Shown: positions 16,799 through 26,484, counted from the first letter of the stretch. The stretch is DNA of 33,265 bases from a virus (IMGVR_UViG_3300016265_000511:1-33265); one strand, 5' to 3'. Translations and numbers: made by a program. Notes: a model not told the origin generated them from the letters alone.

Positions 16799-18144
16799 AC
16801 ATCCAACAGATCAACGACGCCATCGTCGCAAAGTCTGCCGAGCTGGACACCCTGCTTGCCAAGACCGAGCCTACGATGGACGAAGTGACGGCTGCGAAGA
16901 CGCTCAACAGCGAAATCGAGACCCTCACATCGCAGGCAGCTGAGCTGAAGACACTGGAGAGCATCAAGGCCGCCAACGCCGCTCGCCAGACTGAACTCAA
17001 GACGCCAGTAAACCAACTGCCACAGACGGCCAACATCAAGGTCGGTGAGTCGGCAGCCAAGCGCAACACGGACGACAAGGAATACAAGAGCCTCGTAACT
17101 GGTCTCTTCCTTGCCGGCATGAACAGCGCAGATGCACGTCAGAAGTACGCAGACGTCACAGGCGTGGATTACAAGACGCATACGCAGGCAAACGACGCCA
17201 CGGGTGGCCTGTTCGTTCCACAGGAAGTGGCGAACTTCATCATCAGCCTGAAGGACTCTTACGGCGTCTTCCGTCGCAACACGAACGTCGTGCCGATGGG
17301 TAGCGAGACGCTAAAGATCTTCCGTACTGGCGACGACGTCACAGCCTACTGGCTGGGCGAAGGTGGCACGTACACAGCCTCTGACATGAGCTTCGACTCG
17401 ATCGTGCTCACAGCCAAGAAGCTGACAAGCTATGCCCTCATCTCTGAGGAGCTGCTTGCTAACTCTACGGTCGCACTCGGCCAGCAGTTCGCCTCTTCTG
17501 TGGCCATGCAGTTTGCCAAGGCAGAAGATCAGGCTGGCTTCCTGGGCGATGGAACATCTACCTACGGTGGCATTCTCGGCCTCGATGGCAAGATCAAGAA
17601 GATTGTCACAGACGGTGGCGGAACATGGACGACCGATGCTGACAAGGCAAAGGCAGGCTCCGTTCAGGTCACAACGGGCAACCTTCTCAGCGAGACGGTC
17701 ATCGGTGACCTCATCACTGGTGCTCGCAAGGTTCCTACCTACGCACTGGCTGGCGCGAAGTGGTACATGAACAAGGTCGCCTTCGGCGCAACGTGTGAGC
17801 GTCTGGCTTATGCTCAGGGCGGTGCAACAGCTGCCGAGCTGGCCTCTTCATTCGGTCAGCGCTTCATGGGCTACCCTGTGGAGTTTGTTGACGTCATGCC
17901 TTCGGCTGATGGCAACTCGCAGATCTTCGCTTACTTCGGCAACCTCGCTCTGGCTTCGACGATGGGTGATCGCCAGTCGGTCTCCATCCGTCAGGACGCA
18001 TCCCTTGGCTTCCAGACGGACACGATCCACGTCAAGGCCGCAGAGTACGTGGACATCAAGGTGCACGAAGTTGGTAACTACTCGGCAACGGCAGCAACCC
18101 GCACAACGGGCCCGATTGTAGCATTCTCAACAATCAACTCATAA
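16795..18144 (+). CDS. Major capsid protein, HK97 fold
   Basis: N-terminal coiled-coil delta domain, GGLFVP, AYWLGEG, ISEELL, FLGDG, GYPV. Confidence 0.93.
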   Translation: MNIQQINDAIVAKSAELDTLLAKTEPTMDEVTAAKTLNSEIETLTSQAAELKTLESIKAANAARQTELKTPVNQLPQTANIKVGESAAKRNTDDKEYKSLVTGLFLAGMNSADARQKYADVTGVDYKTHTQANDATGGLFVPQEVANFIISLKDSYGVFRRNTNVVPMGSETLKIFRTGDDVTAYWLGEGGTYTASDMSFDSIVLTAKKLTSYALISEELLANSTVALGQQFASSVAMQFAKAEDQAGFLGDGTSTYGGILGLDGKIKKIVTDGGGTWTTDADKAKAGSVQVTTGNLLSETVIGDLITGARKVPTYALAGAKWYMNKVAFGATCERLAYAQGGATAAELASSFGQRFMGYPVEFVDVMPSADGNSQIFAYFGNLALASTMGDRQSVSIRQDASLGFQTDTIHVKAAEYVDIKVHEVGNYSATAATRTTGPIVAFSTINS

Positions 18145-18156
18145 GGAGCAGCTACA

Positions 18157-18615
18157 ATGAATCAAGCACAGAATCTCAAGGTGGTCAATTACTGCCCACC
18201 GACAGCCATCAAGGATGCAGCCTCGTTTGCAACTACGACAATTGACACGGCTGGCTTCTCGAAGTGCGCTATCTACTTCACACTTGGCGCAACGGACATT
18301 GCCATGACAGCCCTCAAGGTGCAGGAGTCGAATGACTCCGGCATGAGCGGTGCTGAAGACATCAGCGGACTTGTCTACGGCACGAGCGTTAATCCAGAGA
18401 CGGGCACAACGTCATCACTGCCATCGGCAGATGATGATAACAAGGTGTTCGCATTCTACATCAGCCTGCAGGGCCGCAAGCGTTATCTCGACGTTGTTGC
18501 CACGGCTGGTGATGGATCGACTGGAACTTATGGTTCTGGCGTGGCTTTCCTCTACGACGGAGACGGTATCAATACCGCAGCCGAGCGTGGACTGGCAGCT
18601 AACCTCATCAAGTAA
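18157..18615 (+). CDS. Capsid decoration/cement-like protein
   Basis: Directly after MCP, AAGGAG SD; KVQES..., KRYL motifs. Confidence 0.55.
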   Translation: MNQAQNLKVVNYCPPTAIKDAASFATTTIDTAGFSKCAIYFTLGATDIAMTALKVQESNDSGMSGAEDISGLVYGTSVNPETGTTSSLPSADDDNKVFAFYISLQGRKRYLDVVATAGDGSTGTYGSGVAFLYDGDGINTAAERGLAANLIK

Positions 18616-18617
18616 AT

Positions 18618-18647
18618 TGAGTAGGGGGCCATCAGGCCTCCTGCTCA
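18618..18647 (+). terminator. Hairpin after the capsid genes (terminator or stabiliser)
   Basis: TGAGTAGGGGGCC-atca-GGCCTCCTGCTCA; no clear U tract. Confidence 0.55.
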
Positions 18648-18665
18648 GGTTACCAAGGAGCTACG

Positions 18666-19010
18666 GTGGAAGTCTTGCAAAACACAGGTGCACGGGTTGA
18701 CCTCGAGCTCGTCAAGGGTGCGGCCTTCGGTCGTACCATCACGTATAAGGTCAACGACGCCGCAGTCAACATCGCCAGTTACGCCTTCGCGGCGCAGGTG
18801 CGCACGACCACTGGCACGCTTGTGCAGTCGATGACCTGCACGGTGACCAATGCCGCATCGGGTATTTTTACTGTCAGCCTGACGGGCGCACAGACGAGCG
18901 CAATGACGGCAGGCACACTCTACGTCTGGTCGCTGGAACAAACGCTCTCTGGGGTCGTTTCTGAGCTTCTCAGGGGCTACGTGAACGTGGTCGATGAGGT
19001 GACGCAGTGA
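18666..19010 (+). CDS. Virion protein, Ig-like
   Basis: AAGGAG SD; beta-rich, ...GIFTVSLT..QT...YVW.L...LLRG. Confidence 0.55.
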   Translation: MEVLQNTGARVDLELVKGAAFGRTITYKVNDAAVNIASYAFAAQVRTTTGTLVQSMTCTVTNAASGIFTVSLTGAQTSAMTAGTLYVWSLEQTLSGVVSELLRGYVNVVDEVTQ

Positions 19011-19453
19011 GCACCATCGTCAACGTGCAGAATAATGACCTCGCGCTCAACGTGGTCAATGAGAACATCACCCTCAACATCGAGAGTGGTGGTCTTGTTG
19101 CGGTCAGTCAGGACTTACAACTCACAGCAGGTGTAAGTCTTTCGGCTCTGCGGGCTGTGACGACGAACTCCAGCGGCGAGGCTATCTACGCCAGCAATGA
19201 CACGCTCGGCAATGCGCAGGTTGTCGGTATCACGATGGCAGCAGCATCGAGCGGTGCGCAGGTGGCTGTCAAGACCTTCGGCCCGATGTCGGATGCCGGA
19301 TGGAATTGGACGAAGGGCGCAGTTTACCTTGGAACAAACGGACAACTAACACAGACCGCCCCTTCCGGCGGAGCGATCATCGTACAGGTGGGACGTGCCT
19401 TGACAGCCACCCAGCTCTTCGTTGACGTAGACACAACAATAACAACGGTGTAA
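19007..19453 (+). CDS. Capsid fibre/decoration-like protein
   Basis: VGIT.AA..G..V.V..G...VYL..NG.LT...P...VG.A pattern. Confidence 0.55.
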   Translation: MSTIVNVQNNDLALNVVNENITLNIESGGLVAVSQDLQLTAGVSLSALRAVTTNSSGEAIYASNDTLGNAQVVGITMAAASSGAQVAVKTFGPMSDAGWNWTKGAVYLGTNGQLTQTAPSGGAIIVQVGRALTATQLFVDVDTTITTV

Positions 19454-19455
19454 AC

Positions 19456-19965
19456 ATGGCAGAAAAGTACCTCAAAAATTCATCAGGCCAACTGGCCGAA
19501 GTCGAAGGCCTCACAACATCACAAGGCGCAGGCGATGCTGGCAAAATCATTGCGCTCGATTCATCTGGTAAGATTGATAACTCAATGATGCCATCCGGCA
19601 TCGGTGCAGATACCGAGGTCATGGCAACATCGGAGAGTCTAAGTGCTGGCGATCTGGTGAACATTTGGAATGACAGCGGCACGCGCAAGGCCCGCAAGGC
19701 AGACGCCAGCAACGGCCGTCGCGCTCATGGATTCGTGCTGGATGCTGTGACTAGCCCCAATAACGCCACGGTATATATGTCAGGTGATATTACAGGGCTC
19801 ACATCGCTGACACCTGGTACGGTCTATTACCTGAGCGCATCGACTGCCGGTGCTTTGACATCGACATCGCCATCGACTGCGGGCCAGCTTTCGCAGGAAA
19901 TTGGCATTGCTGTTTCGTCTACGTCTATCGTGTTTAAGCCCCAGCAACCAATCACACTGGCCTAA
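19456..19965 (+). CDS. Capsid fibre/decoration-like protein (paralogous pattern to the previous gene)
   Basis: LTPGTVYYLS...G.LT...P...QEIGIA. Confidence 0.55.
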   Translation: MAEKYLKNSSGQLAEVEGLTTSQGAGDAGKIIALDSSGKIDNSMMPSGIGADTEVMATSESLSAGDLVNIWNDSGTRKARKADASNGRRAHGFVLDAVTSPNNATVYMSGDITGLTSLTPGTVYYLSASTAGALTSTSPSTAGQLSQEIGIAVSSTSIVFKPQQPITLA

Positions 19966-19968
19966 GCT

Positions 19969-20202
19969 ATGGCAGTCAAGAAACCACTAGTCCTCGCATC
20001 GGGTCAGATTCAAGAGTTGCAAAGCGGTGACGAGATAAACATCGACGCAAGTGATGTGACAACTGGCGTCATCGCTACGGCCCGTCTTGCCTCGTCCGGC
20101 ACGGCGTCGTCTTCGACCTTCCTACGGGGCGACCAAACATGGGCAACCCCTGCGGGCGGTTCGTCAACGTCGCTGAATGAATTTCTTCTGATGGGAGCGT
20201 AG
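19969..20202 (+). CDS. Small fibre-like virion protein
   Basis: GTASSSTFLRGDQTWATP, a repeat motif typical of phage fibres. Confidence 0.6.
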   Translation: MAVKKPLVLASGQIQELQSGDEINIDASDVTTGVIATARLASSGTASSSTFLRGDQTWATPAGGSSTSLNEFLLMGA

Positions 20203-20203
20203 A

Positions 20204-20536
20204 ATGCCAAACACGTACAAGGTCTTGGGCCAAAGCGTACCCGCAGACACAAACGCTACGACGCTCTATACCGTTCCGAGTGCAACGTCAACAGTTGTAA
20301 GTACAATCGTTGTGGCGAATATCAGCGCGACGAATTACACGTACCGCATTGCTATCCGTCCTGCGGGTGCGACACTTGCGAATCAGCATTACATTGCCTA
20401 TGACGTGACGGTCGCGGCCAATGACAGCGTAACGCTGACGCTCGGCATAACGCTCGCCGCAACGGACGTGATCACGGTGCGGTCGTCGTCGGCAAACAAC
20501 CTCGTGTTCTCTGCTTACGGGTGTGAGATCAGCTGA
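20204..20536 (+). CDS. Hypothetical virion protein
   Basis: 110 aa; TLYTVP..., Thr/Ser-rich beta protein. Confidence 0.6.
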   Translation: MPNTYKVLGQSVPADTNATTLYTVPSATSTVVSTIVVANISATNYTYRIAIRPAGATLANQHYIAYDVTVAANDSVTLTLGITLAATDVITVRSSSANNLVFSAYGCEIS

Positions 20537-21396
20537 TGAGTACCCGTAGCTTCCGATATTCAACACTGGTGCAACACTTCGGCAAAGGCCGCATGGCCTC
20601 GACCGATCGTGATGCGCTGGCGTTTATCGCGGCGGCTGGTATCTACAATACGAACCAGCAGAAGGCAATCGTTGATCTTGTGCGTGGTCTGAAACGAACT
20701 GGCCTTTGGACGAAGATGAAAGCGATCTATCCGTTCATCGGCGGCACGGCGTCGTCGCATAAGTGGAACTTGAAAGACCCGCGCGATGTGGATGCGGCGT
20801 TTCGATTGACATTCTCGGGTGGATGGACGCATAGCAGTACTGGGGCAGCCCCTAACGGTTCAAATGCTTACGCCAATACTTTTATAGTTCCTAGCACGGA
20901 CTTAACGCGCGATGATTTGTCAATGACATTTTACTCTCGCACGCGCATATTGCAAACATCTTTAGCTTGTGATATTGCTTCGTATAATGGAGGTGGAAGC
21001 AATATGCTGGCATTACAACTAAGCGGATTTTCGGGAACAAAGGTCGTTGGTTTGATTGCCTCGCAACAGAGCACCGCATACTTCACAGACTATACCACAT
21101 CGGATGCGAGAGGTTTTTGGAATCTTAAAAGAACTGGCTCACTAGCAGGTGATTTGAAATTGTTTTTGAATGGCAATAACGTCGGTAGAGTGCCAACTCT
21201 TGCTGGCGGTTCACTTCTGAGCAATAAGTTATTGATTTCGGCGATGTCCAATAACTCAAACGATACATTAATTCAATTTTTTTCAAATAAGGAATCGTCA
21301 TTTGTTTCGATTGGAAACGGCCTTACCGACACCAATGCTACCAACCTGTACAATATCGTTGACCTCTACCAAAAACGTTTAGGCCGTGCCGTATGA
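20536..21396 (+). CDS. Fibre/lectin-like virion protein with AT-richer C-terminal half
   Basis: N-terminal LWTKMKAIYPFIGG...HKWNLKDP; composition shift near 20860. Confidence 0.55.
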   Translation: MSTRSFRYSTLVQHFGKGRMASTDRDALAFIAAAGIYNTNQQKAIVDLVRGLKRTGLWTKMKAIYPFIGGTASSHKWNLKDPRDVDAAFRLTFSGGWTHSSTGAAPNGSNAYANTFIVPSTDLTRDDLSMTFYSRTRILQTSLACDIASYNGGGSNMLALQLSGFSGTKVVGLIASQQSTAYFTDYTTSDARGFWNLKRTGSLAGDLKLFLNGNNVGRVPTLAGGSLLSNKLLISAMSNNSNDTLIQFFSNKESSFVSIGNGLTDTNATNLYNIVDLYQKRLGRAV

Positions 21397-21659
21397 TGCT
21401 TCAACAGATACCGCTTTCCGAACTCGCCACATGGTGCGGACTGCTCACGACCGAACAGGCCGACAGTCTGCGCGGGCAGACGTTCCTGCCTGATTCGTAC
21501 TTTAACCCAATACAGGACGTGAACGATAATTGGATAATCAGCGCAGAGGAAATCGCCTACTGCGCAAACCCCGATTTTCTGTGGGTGAAAGAACTGCCAA
21601 TGATACCGTTTGAGCCAAAGCCCGCGCCGCCGATGCCAGGGATAGGGGACGTAGCATGA
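21393..21659 (+). CDS. Hypothetical protein
   Basis: 88 aa, ATGA overlaps; YFNPIQD.NDNWIIS.EE. Confidence 0.65.
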   Translation: MMLQQIPLSELATWCGLLTTEQADSLRGQTFLPDSYFNPIQDVNDNWIISAEEIAYCANPDFLWVKELPMIPFEPKPAPPMPGIGDVA

Positions 21660-21937
21660 CGCCTGAAGTACTCATCGGCATCATGCTAAGCGGCATGGTG
21701 GCCACCATTGGTTTCTTCCTCAAGTCGCTGGTCGTCGAGACACGTCAGACACGCGAGACGACGCTGTCCATGCACGCGATTCTCAAGAGTGCCACGGAGG
21801 CCATTGTGCAACTTCAGCGTGCTGATCAGGAGACTGCCAAGCAACTTATTGGAATCATCGAGCGTCTTGTGCGCCTCGAGGAGCGCAACACCCCGCCCGC
21901 ACCAGCACGAAAGGCCGCACGCCGTGCAGTCAAGTGA
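21656..21937 (+). CDS. Membrane-anchored coiled-coil protein (holin/lysis accessory-like)
   Basis: N-terminal TM, coiled coil ending ERLVRLEER. Confidence 0.55.
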   Translation: MTPEVLIGIMLSGMVATIGFFLKSLVVETRQTRETTLSMHAILKSATEAIVQLQRADQETAKQLIGIIERLVRLEERNTPPAPARKAARRAVK

Positions 21938-22112
21938 TGAGATACTTATCTCCAAAGTCGCCCCTCGTGCCATTGACGCCTTGCGCCAGAACGGGCCAAT
22001 GCAGAGCGCATACCGTCATGGGACGGAGATACCACCCGAACCAATCAAGCTGACCTTATGGCAGCAGATTCGACTGCTGCCGTACATCATCCACATTACA
22101 TGGGGAGTTCTC

Positions 22113-22262
22113 ATGCAGAACCCTAAGACCACGATCACCGGCATTGTCGGTGGTGTTGCGTACCTCGTCAACGCCATCTTCGGCGTCGTCATTCCATCTG
22201 AAGCCATCATTGCTGTGACGGTCTTCTGTCTCGGCCTGTTTTCCAAGGACGGCAACGCCTAA
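22113..22262 (+). CDS. Holin-like two-TM protein (may have an in-frame upstream extension)
   Basis: GGGGAG SD before ATG 22113; KTTITG...two hydrophobic segments...LGLFSKD. Confidence 0.55.
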   Translation: MQNPKTTITGIVGGVAYLVNAIFGVVIPSEAIIAVTVFCLGLFSKDGNA

Positions 22263-23254
22263 TGGCGATACGTCCACGTATAACTGAGGCCGAATATGAG
22301 GCCATCCTCGAAATGCGCAAGGCCGCTGGTGTGCAACAGTCACCAGCGGCTGTTGCTGCAGGAGAGGCCAGCTACAAACGTAGGCAGGCTAACAGGATGG
22401 TCATGGCAATTCGTGACCCTCGGGATAGGACGGATAACGAAAGCTACGGTGCTGTCCCAGGCATCGATGACAACCTCGAGATCGGTGATCTGCGTAACGA
22501 CGTAGTCTGCGAGGTGACGAGTGATCGCACAGGCATTATCTCCGATGCGCACTGGCCCTTCCATGACCTGCGCAGGGATTCATCGGGCCAGTTCTACGGT
22601 GCTTACCTTGCCGCTCTGAATGCTCTGAAAGATGCTAACATCCAGACGCTTGTCCTCAACGGAGACATGATGGACTGTTACCAGCTTTCAGCGCATGAAA
22701 AGACGGAGTCCAAGCGAAGCTGGAAGTGGGAGCTCGACGTTTCACGGAAGATGCTCGAGCACCTGCGTAAATTCTTTGGTGACAACGTGCGGATAATTTA
22801 CCGCGAAGGAAACCACGAGGAACGCTTCGCACGGTATCTCGCCCGCAAGGCAAGCGAATTGCAGGGGTCTCTGGCTCTTGAGGAGATCGTCGGCATCCGT
22901 GAGTTCGGCATTGAGTGGCTCGGCCAGCGGGCGAAGATGAGCATCGGCAAGCTGTGGGTCGATCATGGGCACGAGTGGTTCGGTGGTGGTGGCGTGTCTC
23001 CGGCACGAAATTACCGCATGAAGTCTCAAGACAATATCCTTGTGGGTCATGTTCACCGTACATCGCAGGACTTCTTCCGCAAGCCCCTAGACGGCTCGAT
23101 GACGGCGGGGTGGAGTGTGGGATGCCTGTGCGACCTAAACCCTCACTACGCGGCTAGAAACAGCTGGAATCACGGCTTTGCGCTGGTGCACCTTGCTGGC
23201 GACGGAACTTTTAAGGTCGATAACCGCATCATCATGAATGGGGTGGCCCAATGA
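22262..23254 (+). CDS. Calcineurin-like metallophosphoesterase
   Basis: SDAH, NGDMMD, GNHE, HGH, GHVH motifs in order. Confidence 0.88.
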   Translation: MAIRPRITEAEYEAILEMRKAAGVQQSPAAVAAGEASYKRRQANRMVMAIRDPRDRTDNESYGAVPGIDDNLEIGDLRNDVVCEVTSDRTGIISDAHWPFHDLRRDSSGQFYGAYLAALNALKDANIQTLVLNGDMMDCYQLSAHEKTESKRSWKWELDVSRKMLEHLRKFFGDNVRIIYREGNHEERFARYLARKASELQGSLALEEIVGIREFGIEWLGQRAKMSIGKLWVDHGHEWFGGGGVSPARNYRMKSQDNILVGHVHRTSQDFFRKPLDGSMTAGWSVGCLCDLNPHYAARNSWNHGFALVHLAGDGTFKVDNRIIMNGVAQ

Positions 23255-23544
23255 TCGTGCCAAAGTCATTCGTCATGGCGGGCAATCGCTGGCGTGTGAA
23301 GCTCCGCAAGAAGATGGACACCTACGGTCTGTGCGAGTTTGACACGCATACCATCCTCATAGCCGAGAACGTGGGCGGCAAGGTCATCAGCCAGGACGAG
23401 CAGGTCAAGACCTTCATCCACGAAGCCCTGCACGCTCTGGAATTCACAATGGGGCGCCAGCCTGACGAAGAGTTTGTCTCGGCAGCTGAGCAACTTATTT
23501 ACCAAGCCATGCGAACAGCACGGGGGAGCCATTATGAAATATAG
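23251..23544 (+). CDS. Small zincin-like metallopeptidase
   Basis: HEALH (HExxH) with downstream EE. Confidence 0.7.
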   Translation: MIVPKSFVMAGNRWRVKLRKKMDTYGLCEFDTHTILIAENVGGKVISQDEQVKTFIHEALHALEFTMGRQPDEEFVSAAEQLIYQAMRTARGSHYEI

Positions 23545-23986
23545 CTGGATGGACATTGCACAGAACGAGCGCGGTGTCAAAGAAATCTTGGGCGGTACGC
23601 ACAACCCTCGCATCATCGAGTACCATGCCACGACGACGCTTAAGGCCACCACGGATGAAGTGCCGTGGTGCTCTAGCTTCCTAAACTGGGTGATGAAACA
23701 GGCCAAGTATCCTACCACCAAGTCAGCCGCGGCACGTTCGTGGCTGGAGTATGGGCAGGAGTGCGAGCTCCAGCTGGGCTGTATCGTCGTTTTTCGGCGC
23801 ACGGGTGGTAATCATGTGGGCTTCTGCGTAGGCTTTACGCCCCATAGCATCATGGTGTTGGGTGGAAACCAGTCTAATGAGGTCAACGTCAAGCCCTACC
23901 CACGCCGTGACTTCCTAGGGGCACGCCTGCCGAAGCCTCTCAAGCTACCTGATCAGCAGATTCTAAACTCACGGAGCGGCAACTAA
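23534..23986 (+). CDS. TIGR02594-like NlpC/P60 (CHAP-type) endolysin
   Basis: DEVPWCSSF (catalytic Cys), GNHVGF (His), LGGNQSN; GGGGGAG SD favours ATG 23534. Confidence 0.8.
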   Translation: MKYSWMDIAQNERGVKEILGGTHNPRIIEYHATTTLKATTDEVPWCSSFLNWVMKQAKYPTTKSAAARSWLEYGQECELQLGCIVVFRRTGGNHVGFCVGFTPHSIMVLGGNQSNEVNVKPYPRRDFLGARLPKPLKLPDQQILNSRSGN

Positions 23987-24567
23987 TGGCACTCACGACA
24001 GCTAATAAGCTTAAGACGACTTACATCAATATCCCCGATTCAACGCAGGACGCACGATTAACGGGCCTGATCGGTCAGGCCACGTCGATCATCAAGGGCA
24101 TCTGCAAGCAACCTGTCGATGGCGAGGCCGTCTCGTTCGACTTTGCGGGCACGCGCGAGCGCACCTACTTGCTACCCTACACCGTGCCGGTGGTGCTGAC
24201 CTCCGTGCAATATAGGGGCACGCCTGACGAAGCATGGACGACGGTAACGGGTGTTATTGCCTACAAGACCGACGGAGTCTGGTCGCTGTACTATGAAGGC
24301 AACTTCGGCACGGGGCTCTGGCGAGCAAATATGGTCATCGGCTATGATGGCACGACCAACGCTGTGCCGGCTGATCTCGAGTCGGTATGCTCTGAGATGG
24401 TCGTCGAGCTGTGGAAGAACACGGATTTTGCAGGCCGTGAGAACCGCTTCGGGCTGGCCTCGGTGGCGCAGTCGCAGGGTGGGCAAACGCAGACCACAAC
24501 GTATCGGGATTTGAGCGCACGGTTCCGCCAGCGTCTCGCACCGTATATTTTGAGGGCGTGGCTATGA
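23986..24567 (+). CDS. Head-tail adaptor (HK97 gp6/SPP1 gp15-like)
   Basis: LTT...LK.Y...D..L..LI..A, GY...VPADL, terminal L.PY. Confidence 0.75.
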   Translation: MALTTANKLKTTYINIPDSTQDARLTGLIGQATSIIKGICKQPVDGEAVSFDFAGTRERTYLLPYTVPVVLTSVQYRGTPDEAWTTVTGVIAYKTDGVWSLYYEGNFGTGLWRANMVIGYDGTTNAVPADLESVCSEMVVELWKNTDFAGRENRFGLASVAQSQGGQTQTTTYRDLSARFRQRLAPYILRAWL

Positions 24568-25022
24568 CCGTCGATGAGTACGTGCGTGGGATCCTCGCAG
24601 ACCTGCCAAAGCAGCTCAAGGACGTATTTAACGCCCAGACAATCCAGACTGCGCTCGGTGCTGATGTGTCGGACTTTATGGAGCAGGGCCGCAATATGAA
24701 CCCCAAGTATCCACGGATGCCGCAGGGGACAAAGCTGCAGGTCGTCAGTGCCAACCTGCTCAAAGCCGCTACGGTCTACAACGCACCAGGCAACGTCAGC
24801 CGCACTAAGGTGGACTCAACGCAGGTCACCTTTGAGTGGGGTATTGACCTTGCCGTTATCCCATACGCTCGCATCCATGAGTACGGTGGCCAGACGGGCC
24901 GAAACCATGCGGCTACGATGCCGCCACGTCCGTACATCGGCCCAGCTTTCAAGCAGTTTCAAAGCCAGCAAATGGGCAACCTTGTCGATGTTTTGTTTCA
25001 ACGTCTCCTGCGAGGCCGCTAA
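24558..25022 (+). CDS. Neck/virion morphogenesis protein (HK97 gp10/Mu gpG-like)
   Basis: PYARIHEYGG...MPPRPYIGPA. Confidence 0.75.
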   Translation: MAMTVDEYVRGILADLPKQLKDVFNAQTIQTALGADVSDFMEQGRNMNPKYPRMPQGTKLQVVSANLLKAATVYNAPGNVSRTKVDSTQVTFEWGIDLAVIPYARIHEYGGQTGRNHAATMPPRPYIGPAFKQFQSQQMGNLVDVLFQRLLRGR

Positions 25023-25495
25023 TGCCCACCACATCGAAATTCGCCTACATCCTCGACACCGTGCGAGGTGCTCTGAAGAAAGACCCCACCTTCGACGTGC
25101 GCAAGGTATTCAACGTCGAGACGGCAATGAGCACGCAGAAGACCGCTATCTACGTCAACATCCTCAGCGACGAGGCAAGGCCTGAGTCGTTCGAGAGCAG
25201 TAATGCTTACTACGGCCTGCGCCAGTGCAGGGTGGGTATCTACGCCATGATGCAAACGCCAGTGGACAGCCTCGATGCTGGCCTAGATGCGGTGCTGCAC
25301 GGACAGATCACCGAGCGCATCGAGAAGCGCCTCGACGAAGTGCTGGAGACGATACCAACATCTGACACCACTGCAGCCGGATTCACGATAACTTTGCACA
25401 ACATTGAGCAAGACCGCGTCACGGGGTTTGTGAGCGATGGCTCGCAGACCGTGGCTCTGATGTACGAAGCACTTGTCACCTATATGCAATCATGA
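25022..25495 (+). CDS. Tail terminator-like protein
   Basis: Size and position between neck gene and tail tube; TAATG coupling. Confidence 0.55.
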   Translation: MPTTSKFAYILDTVRGALKKDPTFDVRKVFNVETAMSTQKTAIYVNILSDEARPESFESSNAYYGLRQCRVGIYAMMQTPVDSLDAGLDAVLHGQITERIEKRLDEVLETIPTSDTTAAGFTITLHNIEQDRVTGFVSDGSQTVALMYEALVTYMQS

Positions 25496-25716
25496 TGCTG
25501 ATCTCTGAACTTGTAGCCCACCTGCAGGCCATCTACACCGAGCACGGTGACATCGGCGTGCGGATCGATAAGGACTTCTTTGGCGATGCCGAGCCGGAGG
25601 CAGTGAGTGACATCGTCGTCGGTCAGTTCACCAAAGAAGCCGGTGCTTACGCCGTGGTGTTGTACCCACACAAGATCGTCGGCGCTGAACACTTGGAAGG
25701 CCTAGGTCATGCCTGA
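25492..25716 (+). CDS. Small acidic hypothetical protein
   Basis: 74 aa; overlaps both neighbours. Confidence 0.6.
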   Translation: MMLISELVAHLQAIYTEHGDIGVRIDKDFFGDAEPEAVSDIVVGQFTKEAGAYAVVLYPHKIVGAEHLEGLGHA

Positions 25717-26479
25717 CATCAAACTGATCGACGCAACAGCACCAGACCCATGTGATGCCGAGGACTACGTGCCGGTGTCGTTCGTGTGCATTGCCTCCGA
25801 AGGTGATGCTCATTACGTGGCAGATATGCTCAAGACCATCCCACCGAAGTCGGAGGTGGTGATTCTGTGGAACAAACGCGGGGACGATGGGAGTGTTGTG
25901 CATCGCAAGGACGTGCCCTTTGCCAATGGTACGCTGGTCAGATACTACCAGACCCAATGGCAGGAGCTCGACTTTGCCGCACTTCGCAACACTGCCATCG
26001 CACTCGCAAGCCGTGAATGGATCATGTGGATGGACGCCGACGACCGTCTGCTGACTCACCAGCACGGTTTTTTCACGGGCAAACTGTTGGATTATCCACC
26101 TGGTGTAGGTGGTCTAACGTGTGGCTGTGTTGGTATTCAACCAGACCCACGCCCTGGCAGGGCTCACGAAGGCGCTGTGCGATACCATGTTCCTCACATT
26201 CGGCTATTCCGCAACGGCTACGGCTTCCGATTCACGGGCCGTGCTCATGAGCAGATCGGCTGGGCTGTGCAAGAGCAGGCGTTTGTGCTCGTAGAATGCT
26301 CTCTTATTGTGCACCATCTAGGCTACGAAACGGATGCCGACACGATGCGTAGCAAGCTGGAGCGCAATCTTGCAGGGGTTTCTTACGAGTACCTCAACGC
26401 CACCGACCCAGAGCGCAAGAAGTTCTGGGCCGAAATGATGAGGCGCGAAGCCTCGAATATTCACAACTACAAAGGATAA
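25709..26479 (+). CDS. GT2 glycosyltransferase, GmaR/SunS-like catalytic domain
   Basis: DFAALRN, EWIMWMDADD, RLFRN..GFRFTGRAHEQ, HLGY...KLERN. Confidence 0.85.
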   Translation: MPDIKLIDATAPDPCDAEDYVPVSFVCIASEGDAHYVADMLKTIPPKSEVVILWNKRGDDGSVVHRKDVPFANGTLVRYYQTQWQELDFAALRNTAIALASREWIMWMDADDRLLTHQHGFFTGKLLDYPPGVGGLTCGCVGIQPDPRPGRAHEGAVRYHVPHIRLFRNGYGFRFTGRAHEQIGWAVQEQAFVLVECSLIVHHLGYETDADTMRSKLERNLAGVSYEYLNATDPERKKFWAEMMRREASNIHNYKG

Positions 26480-26484
26480 CTATC

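Noticed and set aside
20536-21396. Diversity-generating retroelement target
   Set aside because: No reverse transcriptase and no template/variable repeat pair noticed
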